Below the pieces are notes generated by a model, which saw only the letters and a program-made list of their open reading frames with translations, searched no databases and was not told the origin of the DNA. A stretch of DNA of 61,523 bases from a virus (taxonomy: Duplodnaviria > Caudoviricetes), in IMG/VR virus record IMGVR_UViG_3300043548_000080, positions 1 through 61,523 of that record; one strand, given 5' to 3'. The position numbers were made by a program, and so were the translations under genes. This document shows positions 52,801-61,523 of the stretch, in pieces (position 1 is the stretch's first letter; each line of letters begins with the position of its first letter).

Positions 52801-55800
52801 ATGGCCGACCGCTTTTGGCGAGGGCTTGCAACCGATCTTTGGGACGCCACAGCAGGCACGAAGTGGGCGGCTACGGTAGGCGGCGCTGGGGGCGCTGCTG
52901 TGCCTACGGCAGCAGATGATGTGTTCTTTGATGGCACATCTTTGACCTGCACTGTATCTGGCTCCCGTGTCGCTAAGTCGATCAACTGCACCGGCTACAC
53001 CGCAACGTTGGCAGGTACGGCTACGCCTGCGTTGACAATCTCGGGCTCCCTCACGCTTGTTGCCGGGATGACGTTGACTTATGCCGGAACAACCACGTTT
53101 AACGGTACGGGAACATTGACTAGCGCAGGCAAGACGTTGGGGCCTGTGACGATCAGCGGCAGTGGCATCACTGTGACGTTGGGCGACCCGTTGAATATTG
53201 GCAGCAATACGCTGACAGTTCTTGAAGGCACGTTCACAACAGCAAACTTTGATATTTCTGCAAATGTTTTTAATACGTCTAGTGTATCTGCAAGAACTAT
53301 AAATTTTGGTACTAGTCAAATAACTTTAGCTAATAACGGAGTTGCGTGGCAATCTGGAAATACTACGAACCTGACACTCAACGCCGGTACTTCTACGATT
53401 ATTTTTTCTAGCGGTGGCTCTGCTTTTGATATAGCTTCTGGATCGCTTACTTTTTACAATGTAAGTTTTACCAGCACTGCGACCACCGGAACAAGGACAT
53501 TTCCGCAGTCTCCAGATGGGACAACATTTAATAACATAGCCGTAACTGGCCCCGCCGCTGCTGGTGTGGTGCAAATAGCTTTCCCCGCAAGATGCACCAT
53601 CAGCGGCACCCTGTCAACGACAGGCACCGCAGGCAACCGGCGTGTCTGGTTCCGTGGAACTACCTACGGCCTTGCCCAAACCCTCACCATCAATAGCGCC
53701 CCTAGCCTGACCGACGCTGACTTCAGAGACATCTACGTCATCGGCACAGCAGCGCCCATCAGCGGCACCAGGGTAGGCGACCTCAGGGGCTGCAGAGGCA
53801 TCACGTTCAGCACACCAAAAACGGTGTACTGGAACCTTGCTGGCGCACAGAACTGGAGCGCTACCGGCTGGTCTGACACTTCTACCGGAACACCGTCCGA
53901 TAATTTCTTCCCGCTGGCGCAAGACACAGCTACGTTCACCAACGCCGGGTCGGTGACGGGCACTATCACGATGAACTCTGCCGTGCCTTATACGGGTACG
54001 GTGGATATGTCTGGCCGCACAAGCGCCATGACGCTGTCTATTAGTACAAACCAGACCATTTATGGTGACTGGAAAAATGGATCTGGTATAACGTTTGCTG
54101 GCGGGGGCACGTTAACGTACTCTGGGCGAAACACACAGACCATTACCAGTGCAGGAAAAACGTTTACTTGTCCAATCACCGTCGATACCTACGGTGGTTC
54201 TGTTGAGCTTTTTGACCCGCTAAACATTGGTTTAAACGCCATCACTGTCAATAACGGTAATTTTGATACCAAAAACAATAATATTACTGCTAGTAGAGTA
54301 ACATCTGCCAGTAGCACCGTGAGATCAATTAGCTTTGGCAGCAGCACGGTAACATTGTCTTCTGCGTCAGACGCCATTCAGTTTGGTGGAGAAAATTTAA
54401 CATTCAACGCTAGCACATCTCAGATTACATGCTCAGGAGAGTCTACTGGTAGAATTTTTCTAGGGGGAAATAATACCTTTTACAATGTTTCTTTTACTGG
54501 AACAAACAATCTAATTTCGGCTGAAATAGCAGGCGCAAACACCTTTACTAACCTTACTATTTCGGCTCCCGCCGCTGCGGGGCTAGTACAAATACGTCTT
54601 AGCGCCAACCAAACCATCACCGGCACCCTCACCGTCGCCGGGGCCACCCCCGTCCGTCGCATCTTCGTCCGCTCTGACACCCTTGGCACCCAACGCACGC
54701 TCAGCGTAGGCACGCTCAGCGCCACCGACTGCGACTTTAGAGACATCGCCATCACAGGGACTGCTGCCGGGTCTTCTCCGACCCGTGCAGGCGACTGCGG
54801 TGGCAACAGCGGCATCACGTTTCCTGCAGCGAAGACTGTCTATTGGAACCTTGCAGGGACTCAGAACTGGTCTGCAACGGGCTGGGCACCGGGCTCTGGC
54901 GGCACGCCTGACATTAATCAGTTCCCGCTGGCTCAGGACACGGCGGTGTTTGACAACGCTGGCTCCATAGGAACGGTGACGATTAATACTGCCTGGAACA
55001 TAGGAACAATGGATGCCTCTGCGCGGACATCTGGAGGATCTCTGAGCACAAGCACAAATAATCCAGTTGTGTATGGAAATTGGCTGTGGGGAACCTTGAG
55101 TTCAAGCTCGCAAACTGGCTCTTACACGTTTTCAAAACGTGGAACGCAAACCATTACTAGCGCAGGAACGCTATTTGGAAGCTCAATAATAATTGACTCT
55201 GTATCGGGTACAGTTCAACTTGCTGATGCCATTTCTACCAATATAGCCAGAACTATTACGTTAACTAGCGGTACGTTTGATGCCGCTACATATAACGTCA
55301 CAATAGGGTTGTTCGCGCTTACTGGCGGAACGCTTAGAATGGGCTCGGGAACTTGGACATTAGGCGGAACCGGCACTATCTGGAACATGGGAACGCCTAC
55401 GGCCTTTTATAAAGGCGCCGCCGATATTGTTACATCCAACGCCAGCACTACTGCCAGAACCTTTGCCGGTAACGGCCTATCTTACAACAAACTTACTATT
55501 GGACCCGCTACCGGCATCTCCACCCTCACCATTTCCGGCAACAACCAATTCACCGAACTCGCCAGCACCAAGACCGTAGCTCACACGATTGCCCTTGGCA
55601 CCACAACGCAAACCTTCGGCAAATGGACGGTGACAGGCACCGCAGGCAACGTCGTCACCCTGACCGGCACTGGTACCAGCCACAGCCTCGTAGGAGCCTG
55701 CACCACCGGTATTGACTACCTCGCTATGGGTAGCATCGGCTTCGCAGCCACAAGCCCCGGTGAGTTCTACGCGGGAGCCAACAGCACGGCAACTGCTGCG

Positions 55801-57825
55801 GTTGCTCCGGTCTATCTGACAGCCAAACCTGCTGACAGCACACGCTACTGGGTTGGCGGCACAGGCAACTGGAGCGACACAGCACGTTGGTCTACGTCGT
55901 CTGGCGGGGCTTCTGGGGCCTCTGTTCCGCGCAGTCATGACGATGTGGTGTTCAACTCAGCCTCCAACGCCACCGCCTACACAGCTACGGTGGACGCTGT
56001 CACTGGCGGCGTTAGGATGAAGGCGTTGACCATTGCTGGCCCTGCGTCTGGGAATGTGACATTGGCTGGGTCTACGGCGATGGTAGGCATCCACGGCAAT
56101 GTGACGCTGCCTGCGACGGGGCTGACGCGGACGTATACGGGCGCTATCACGCTGTCTAGCAATTCAACGGGGTTGACGTTTACGACGAATGGGGTGACGC
56201 TTGCAAGTGCAATAGCGGTTAATGGTGTGGACTGCGGGTGGAGTCTTGGTAGTGCGCTGAATATAGAGACGTCGGCGCTGACGGTTACCAGTGGATCAAT
56301 TGACCTTGCAACCTATAATCTAACTGCGGCACAAATATCTTCAGACAATGGAAATTCCAGAACAATTGATTTTGATACTGGAACAACCACGCTTTCACTT
56401 TCTACGCCAATCAATTTTGGAACAACTGAAACCAACCGCGCCAATCTTACGGTCACTGCAAGCACCTCACAAATTAATCTGTCTTCTTCTACTTCGTCTG
56501 GTCAATTTAATGGTAACAACCAAACCTTCTACAATGTAGCCTTTACTAACACCGGCGGAGGCTCCTTTACCCTCAACGGAGCCAACAGCTTCAACAACTT
56601 GTCCTTCACTGGAATCACCTCTGCTGGCCTGAAGAACATCTCCCTTACAGCCAACCAAACCGTCACAGGCACGCTCACCTTCTCCGCAGGTACTGACGCC
56701 ACCATGCGGCACTTCTGCCGCAGCGACACCATCGGCACCACCCGCACCATCACAGCCGCTGCTGTGAGCATGACCGACGTAGACTTCCGCGACGTCACCA
56801 TCGCTGGTGCTGCTGCGCCAGCCTCTGGTACGCGGATTGGAGACTGCAAGGGCAACAGCGGCATCACGTTCACGGCTGCGGCTAACAAGTATTGGAACCT
56901 TGCGGCTGGCGGCAATTGGTCTGCAACGGGTTGGGCCACAAGCAGCGGAGGCACCCCAGCCATCAACAACTTCCCATTGGCACAGGACACCTGTTTCTTT
57001 GAAGCCACGGGGCTGAACAGCGGCGCCACCGTTACCGTCAACCAGAGCTACAACATCGGCACCATCGACATGTCGGCTAGGACGGCTAATACGATGACGC
57101 TGGCGACGGGGTCTGCAGCGCCTGCAATCTATGGCAACTGGGTCAATGGCACCGGGACGACGCTGAGCGGTACGGGAACGATTACGTTTGCAGGCCGTGG
57201 AAGCCAAACGATTGCAAGTGCGGGAAAGACGTTTACGCAAAATGTGACAGTTAATAGTCCAAGCGGCTCCTTGACTTTGCAAGATGCTTTTACAGGTACA
57301 AGTGCTGTTAGTCTTACTGTTATTAGTGGTACGTTTAATTCTGCTAACTTTAACGTGGTACTTTCAACATTTGATAGCGGCTACGCAACACAAAGAACTG
57401 TAGCAATTGGATCAAGTAATTGGACTATTACTGCGTCTAGTTTTAGCGTAAATCCTCCAACAAACCTCACCGTCACAGGCACAGGCACAATCAGCCTAAC
57501 ATCTGCATCTGCTAAACAATTTACTGGCGGCGGCGTAGCCTACACCAACATCACCCTTAACCAAGGCGGTGCAGGTACGCTCACCATCAGCGGCAACAAC
57601 ACGCTCAAGGACATCACCAACACCTACAAGGCCACAGGTGCTACCACCATCAACATGGGCACAACGACACAACGTGTCAGCCAGTGGACTGCTGCAGGCG
57701 AAGCAGGAAGGCTCTTGACCATCCAGGGAACCTCTGCCTCCAGCCCTTGCACACTCATCCACACCGGCACAGGCACGGCTGCTAACGTGGACTACCTTGT
57801 CGTTACAGGCGTGAGGGCTTACTAA
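52801..57825 (+). CDS. Giant beta-helical fibre/adhesin-like protein with five ~340-aa modules
   Basis: 1674 aa, Thr/Gly-rich; recurring YW..G..NWS..W...GG.P...P.AQD module head. Confidence 0.75.
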   Translation: MADRFWRGLATDLWDATAGTKWAATVGGAGGAAVPTAADDVFFDGTSLTCTVSGSRVAKSINCTGYTATLAGTATPALTISGSLTLVAGMTLTYAGTTTFNGTGTLTSAGKTLGPVTISGSGITVTLGDPLNIGSNTLTVLEGTFTTANFDISANVFNTSSVSARTINFGTSQITLANNGVAWQSGNTTNLTLNAGTSTIIFSSGGSAFDIASGSLTFYNVSFTSTATTGTRTFPQSPDGTTFNNIAVTGPAAAGVVQIAFPARCTISGTLSTTGTAGNRRVWFRGTTYGLAQTLTINSAPSLTDADFRDIYVIGTAAPISGTRVGDLRGCRGITFSTPKTVYWNLAGAQNWSATGWSDTSTGTPSDNFFPLAQDTATFTNAGSVTGTITMNSAVPYTGTVDMSGRTSAMTLSISTNQTIYGDWKNGSGITFAGGGTLTYSGRNTQTITSAGKTFTCPITVDTYGGSVELFDPLNIGLNAITVNNGNFDTKNNNITASRVTSASSTVRSISFGSSTVTLSSASDAIQFGGENLTFNASTSQITCSGESTGRIFLGGNNTFYNVSFTGTNNLISAEIAGANTFTNLTISAPAAAGLVQIRLSANQTITGTLTVAGATPVRRIFVRSDTLGTQRTLSVGTLSATDCDFRDIAITGTAAGSSPTRAGDCGGNSGITFPAAKTVYWNLAGTQNWSATGWAPGSGGTPDINQFPLAQDTAVFDNAGSIGTVTINTAWNIGTMDASARTSGGSLSTSTNNPVVYGNWLWGTLSSSSQTGSYTFSKRGTQTITSAGTLFGSSIIIDSVSGTVQLADAISTNIARTITLTSGTFDAATYNVTIGLFALTGGTLRMGSGTWTLGGTGTIWNMGTPTAFYKGAADIVTSNASTTARTFAGNGLSYNKLTIGPATGISTLTISGNNQFTELASTKTVAHTIALGTTTQTFGKWTVTGTAGNVVTLTGTGTSHSLVGACTTGIDYLAMGSIGFAATSPGEFYAGANSTATAAVAPVYLTAKPADSTRYWVGGTGNWSDTARWSTSSGGASGASVPRSHDDVVFNSASNATAYTATVDAVTGGVRMKALTIAGPASGNVTLAGSTAMVGIHGNVTLPATGLTRTYTGAITLSSNSTGLTFTTNGVTLASAIAVNGVDCGWSLGSALNIETSALTVTSGSIDLATYNLTAAQISSDNGNSRTIDFDTGTTTLSLSTPINFGTTETNRANLTVTASTSQINLSSSTSSGQFNGNNQTFYNVAFTNTGGGSFTLNGANSFNNLSFTGITSAGLKNISLTANQTVTGTLTFSAGTDATMRHFCRSDTIGTTRTITAAAVSMTDVDFRDVTIAGAAAPASGTRIGDCKGNSGITFTAAANKYWNLAAGGNWSATGWATSSGGTPAINNFPLAQDTCFFEATGLNSGATVTVNQSYNIGTIDMSARTANTMTLATGSAAPAIYGNWVNGTGTTLSGTGTITFAGRGSQTIASAGKTFTQNVTVNSPSGSLTLQDAFTGTSAVSLTVISGTFNSANFNVVLSTFDSGYATQRTVAIGSSNWTITASSFSVNPPTNLTVTGTGTISLTSASAKQFTGGGVAYTNITLNQGGAGTLTISGNNTLKDITNTYKATGATTINMGTTTQRVSQWTAAGEAGRLLTIQGTSASSPCTLIHTGTGTAANVDYLVVTGVRAY

Positions 57826-58733
57826 TGAGCGATTGGTACGCTGGTAGTAATTCAACAAACAACGGCTCTCTTGGCTGGTTGTTCTCTGCCCCTGCTGGCG
57901 GTGGCGTCACTGTCAATGCTTCTGGAGTTATCTCTACAGGCTCTGTAGGAAGTGTTGCTGTAACGACAGTAGCCAATGTAAGCGTTTCAGGAAACGAAGC
58001 TGTTGGTTCTGTAGGAAACGTTGTTGTTGCTTTCCCTGTCTCCGTAAGCGCTACAGGTGTCTCTGCCGTTGGCTCTGTTGGTGATGTTGTCGTTATTTTC
58101 ACTACCTTTGTATATGCAACAGGCACCTCAGCTACGTCTTCTGTTGGAAGTGTTGCTGTAAACACATCGGTTAATTATGCTGCATCTGGTGTAAGCGCCA
58201 CAGGTAGTGTTGGTGTTGTCTCTGTTATCGCAGAAGCTTCCTTCACTGTCTCTGGTGTTAGTGCTACATCTTTCGTAGGAAATGTAGATGTTTCGTTGCC
58301 TAGAACAGTGTCTGTATCTGGTGTTGAAGCAACAGGTGCTGTTGGGTCTGTAACCATCACCATTGGGCATCAAGAGGATGTTGTAGGTGTTCAAGCAAGC
58401 GGAAACATTGGTGTTGTAAACATCATTGGTAATGCTTCGTTTGCTGTGACAGGTGTCAACGGTACATTACAGCTAGGGTCTGTCATTGTTCAAGGTGCTG
58501 CTGTCACAGATGCCACTGGCTTTTCTCTGACAAGCTTCTTAAACTCTGTCACCGTTACAACAACGCAGTTTGACTACGAGGCTGTAAAAACCCTTTATGA
58601 GAGACGCCGCACTGTCTATGTTGGTGCCCGAGAAGAACGCATCACATACATTGCAGCACAGCCGCGTACTGTCTATATTTCTCCAGATAGAACAACTTCT
58701 TCAGAGCAGCGCCGAGCTTATGCTGACACTTGA
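57825..58733 (+). CDS. Val/Ser/Gly-rich repeat fibre-shaft protein
   Basis: Repeated SGVSATGSVGxV units; C-terminal RTVYV/RTVYI. Confidence 0.7.
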   Translation: MSDWYAGSNSTNNGSLGWLFSAPAGGGVTVNASGVISTGSVGSVAVTTVANVSVSGNEAVGSVGNVVVAFPVSVSATGVSAVGSVGDVVVIFTTFVYATGTSATSSVGSVAVNTSVNYAASGVSATGSVGVVSVIAEASFTVSGVSATSFVGNVDVSLPRTVSVSGVEATGAVGSVTITIGHQEDVVGVQASGNIGVVNIIGNASFAVTGVNGTLQLGSVIVQGAAVTDATGFSLTSFLNSVTVTTTQFDYEAVKTLYERRRTVYVGAREERITYIAAQPRTVYISPDRTTSSEQRRAYADT

Positions 58734-58758
58734 CAAGAAACTTGTTTCTTCCTATAAC
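58730..58758 (+). promoter_or_regulatory. Sigma70-like promoter for tail/lysis/internal protein operon
   Basis: TTGACA-17-TATAAC. Confidence 0.7.
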
Positions 58759-58778
58759 ACCTCAGCTAAGGAATAGCT

Positions 58779-59099
58779 ATGTCTTACAAATGGCCCAACA
58801 AAGACCCTGATGAAACACTTGACTACAGCGTAGACTGGTCGAGATGGCTTGGCACGGGTGTCACTATTGCCTCTGTAGCCTGGTTTGTTGATAACGCTTC
58901 TGGCGTTAAAACCTCCTTTGGTGCTGGTGTTTCTGTCAACGGTTTGCAGAATGTTTCTCAGACTAATACAACCACTGTAGCTACCATCAATCTTGGTTTA
59001 GGTACAGTGAACAAGGAATACAAAATCTACTGCCGCATCACTGACAGCAGTGGGTCTATTGTTGAGCGTGTCATCAAGCTGAACATCAAGGAAAACTGA
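58779..59099 (+). CDS. Fibre-tail adaptor protein
   Basis: KDPDETLDYSVDWSRWL..YKIYCRITD. Confidence 0.7.
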   Translation: MSYKWPNKDPDETLDYSVDWSRWLGTGVTIASVAWFVDNASGVKTSFGAGVSVNGLQNVSQTNTTTVATINLGLGTVNKEYKIYCRITDSSGSIVERVIKLNIKEN

Positions 59100-59100
59100 T

Positions 59101-59823
59101 ATGGCTTACAACTTCCTAGAGCTTGTCAATGCCCTCAATAGAAAGCTTAATGAGGTGGAGTTGACGTCAGGGCAGTTTGCTTCTGCAAAGGGCTGGTATG
59201 CCCAATGCAAGGACGCTATCAATGCTTCTCTTCGTGATGTCAACCAGAGCCAACAGCAATGGCCCTTCAACCATGTCACCACTGAAGAGTCGTTGACGGC
59301 TGGCATAAGCCGCTATGCTTTCCCCATTGATGCTGCTCAGATTGACTTTGACAGCTTCCGTATCAAAGAGAACACCACTTTTGGCAACGACACACAACGG
59401 CTTGAGGTGATGACGTATGAAGACTATCTGCGTCAGTATGTAGACCAAGAATACACCGCTGATACCAGCGTTAGAAATCTTCCTAAGTATGTTATTCATG
59501 CTCCTTCGTTGGAATACATTGTGTCGCCTTCTCCCAAGGAAGCCTACACTGTTGTCTACGAATACTACCGCATTCCTGTCGATCTTGAGAATGCAACAGA
59601 TGTTCCGTTTGTGCCTGAGAGATTTAAGCACGTTGTGTTGGATGGTGCTGCCTATCATGCTTACATGTTCAGAAGCAATGAGCAAGCAGCAGCGCTGGCT
59701 AAGGGTAAGTTTGAAGAAGGCGTGAAGAGAATGAGAACAATCCTCATCAATAGATATGAGCATCTCTCTTCCACCTATCTTCCTACCAGCATGAGATACA
59801 TTGCTGGTCCTAGATTGGGTTGA
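59101..59823 (+). CDS. Head-tail adaptor / tail tubular protein A-like
   Basis: FLELVN..LNEVEL..WPF; SPSPKEAYTVVYEYY; VPERFKHV. Confidence 0.7.
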   Translation: MAYNFLELVNALNRKLNEVELTSGQFASAKGWYAQCKDAINASLRDVNQSQQQWPFNHVTTEESLTAGISRYAFPIDAAQIDFDSFRIKENTTFGNDTQRLEVMTYEDYLRQYVDQEYTADTSVRNLPKYVIHAPSLEYIVSPSPKEAYTVVYEYYRIPVDLENATDVPFVPERFKHVVLDGAAYHAYMFRSNEQAAALAKGKFEEGVKRMRTILINRYEHLSSTYLPTSMRYIAGPRLG

Positions 59824-59825
59824 GC

Positions 59826-61523
59826 ATGGCTGATAGAGTAGAAACATTTGCTGTTAGCTGTACAGGTGGGTTGGTTACAAACCAGCCTACATTGGCACAA
59901 TCTGCTCAGATGCCTGGGACAGCTAGAGAACTCATCAACTTTGAGCCTTCTGTTGAAGGTGGATATAGACGTATTAATGGGTATACGAAGCGGTCTAACA
60001 CTCCTATTTCTTCTTTGCCCGTTGTTTGGACAAGACAAGCCTATTCTATTGGAGCTACATCCATCAATGTTGGTGGGTGGTATTTCTTAGCAGATCTTAA
60101 CGGTGAGGGACCAATAACTTTTACTGTATCAGGCTCTTCTACTGTGTACACAGTATCGTCCATCACTGACGATCCTTCTTCTCCTGCGGATACACATGCT
60201 GTTATTACATTTACTCCTGCCTTAACTACAAATTTGACAGCAAGACACTACATATTTCTTCAACAAAACTCTTTCCTTTTAGATGGGTTATCTTTGTTTA
60301 CATTTGATGATCGATTCATTCTTGTAAATGAATACGGAAACATCACAAGAAATCTTAACGAGATTCTGTTTCTCTCACTTGGTGATTATGCTTCTGGTAT
60401 CTTTTTTTATTCTAGAGTAGATGGGGCAGGCCAGACAGGAACAACTCTAACAATTAAGAATCTTAAACAACGTCCAGAATATCTAGATACATTTTGGATA
60501 GAAACAAGCGGAAGTAACTTTCCTAGCTTATTTGTTATATCTAATGTGGCATCTTACTCTGCTGCAAATGGAACAGCTACTCTCACAATTTACCCATCTC
60601 TTCCTACTAGCCCTGCAAATGAATCTCTTATTGTTTGGGTTAGAAGAAGAAGAAGAATGCTAAGTAGTTTTACTATTAAGCCTGCTAAGTATTCTAAAGG
60701 AGCAACTAGCTATGTTGCATATCCAGCGGGAGAAGAATATCCTTTAATCTTCACTACAACAGCTTATGAGCCTGTAACACAGCTATACGACATCATTCAA
60801 GCGGACGCTGAGCCTTTGTTGTTTGCTTCTTATTACAAGAACCATTTGTTCTGGGCTTCTCCCACAAAGCTGTACTTCTCTGCTCCCTTCGATGAGTTTG
60901 ACTATACAGCCGCAGCAGGTGCTGGTCAGATCACAGTACCAGGAACCATCGTTGGCTTGATGACGTTGAGAGACAGTCTAATTATTTTCTGCCGCTACAA
61001 CATCTTTAGACTTGTTGGATCAAGCGTAGATAAATTTAGCCTGTCAGCAATAACGGAAAAGACAGGATGCGTTGATGGTCTTTCCATTCAAGAAATCAAC
61101 GGGGACGTGATGTTCCTGTCTGATACAGGACTCTCTCGTCTTTCCGATTCTGATCAATCTAGCGGTCTTGGAATTAGTGTTATTTCTAACACCATCAAGA
61201 CAGAAGTAAACACTCTTCTTGCTGATTCGGCTAACGGTCAGAACTTCTATCCTAGCGTATTCATCCCTAGTAAGGGTCAATACCGTGTGTTTAAGTACAA
61301 CAATTCCACTACACCAGTAAATACCATTGCAATTGCTGGTTCTCAGGTTAGTCTTAATCCTGCAGAAACCTTCTGGTCTTTGATTCAAGGTATCAAGCCC
61401 ATTGTTTCTGATTTTTGGAGATATGAGAACACTGTTGTGTTCGTCAACAACAACGGGTCTGGACAAACCACTTACATCTATGAGATGGATAGCGGTAACA
61501 CCTTTGATGGTACAAACATCACT
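59826..61523 (+). CDS. Tail nozzle / tail tubular protein B-like protein, allele 2 (open at window end)
   Basis: ATG GCT GAT AGA GTA.. (MADRVETFAVSCTGGLVTNQP) collinear with 1-1688; no stop noticed. Confidence 0.75.
   Translation, partial: MADRVETFAVSCTGGLVTNQPTLAQSAQMPGTARELINFEPSVEGGYRRINGYTKRSNTPISSLPVVWTRQAYSIGATSINVGGWYFLADLNGEGPITFTVSGSSTVYTVSSITDDPSSPADTHAVITFTPALTTNLTARHYIFLQQNSFLLDGLSLFTFDDRFILVNEYGNITRNLNEILFLSLGDYASGIFFYSRVDGAGQTGTTLTIKNLKQRPEYLDTFWIETSGSNFPSLFVISNVASYSAANGTATLTIYPSLPTSPANESLIVWVRRRRRMLSSFTIKPAKYSKGATSYVAYPAGEEYPLIFTTTAYEPVTQLYDIIQADAEPLLFASYYKNHLFWASPTKLYFSAPFDEFDYTAAAGAGQITVPGTIVGLMTLRDSLIIFCRYNIFRLVGSSVDKFSLSAITEKTGCVDGLSIQEINGDVMFLSDTGLSRLSDSDQSSGLGISVISNTIKTEVNTLLADSANGQNFYPSVFIPSKGQYRVFKYNNSTTPVNTIAIAGSQVSLNPAETFWSLIQGIKPIVSDFWRYENTVVFVNNNGSGQTTYIYEMDSGNTFDGTNIT
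59836..61523 (+). repeat. Copy 2 of the imperfect 1688-bp end repeat
   Basis: Direct comparison with 1-1688. Confidence 0.95.

Noticed and set aside
59836-61523. True direct terminal repeat of the virion DNA
   Set aside because: Copies are diverged and cut through a gene; terminal repeats are regenerated identically

Overview
The window is essentially one complete, circularly permuted genome (unit length about 59,835 bp) of a tailed dsDNA bacteriophage with podovirus-type structural genes. Positions 1-1688 recur at 59836-61523 as a diverged second allele of the same tail gene. The minus-strand arm (33.7 kb down to 12.4 kb) carries early accessory genes, a tyrosine recombinase and a T7-like replication set: primase-helicase, family A DNA polymerase, SSB and 5'-3' exonuclease, with no RNA polymerase recognised. 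It also carries nucleotide-metabolism genes (dATP/dGTP diphosphohydrolase, ThyX, MazG, class II ribonucleotide reductase split by an HNH-carrying group I intron, PhoH), a two-polypeptide C5 methyltransferase encoded in overlapping frames, and three tRNAs. The plus-strand arm (35.3 kb through the window end and on to 12.4 kb) carries head spike, terminase, portal, scaffold, capsid, a 1674-aa repetitive fibre, tail, lysis and internal virion genes. The two arms diverge from a 1.5-kb non-coding control region. That region holds three tandem DnaA boxes, an IHF site and a candidate ~490-nt structured RNA downstream of a promoter. Other candidates for undescribed biology are a recurrent hydrophobic-A-x-G-G peptide tag shared by five late proteins and a fibre repeat whose last segment is supplied by the next gene. 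All family assignments come from motif recognition by eye; no searches were run.
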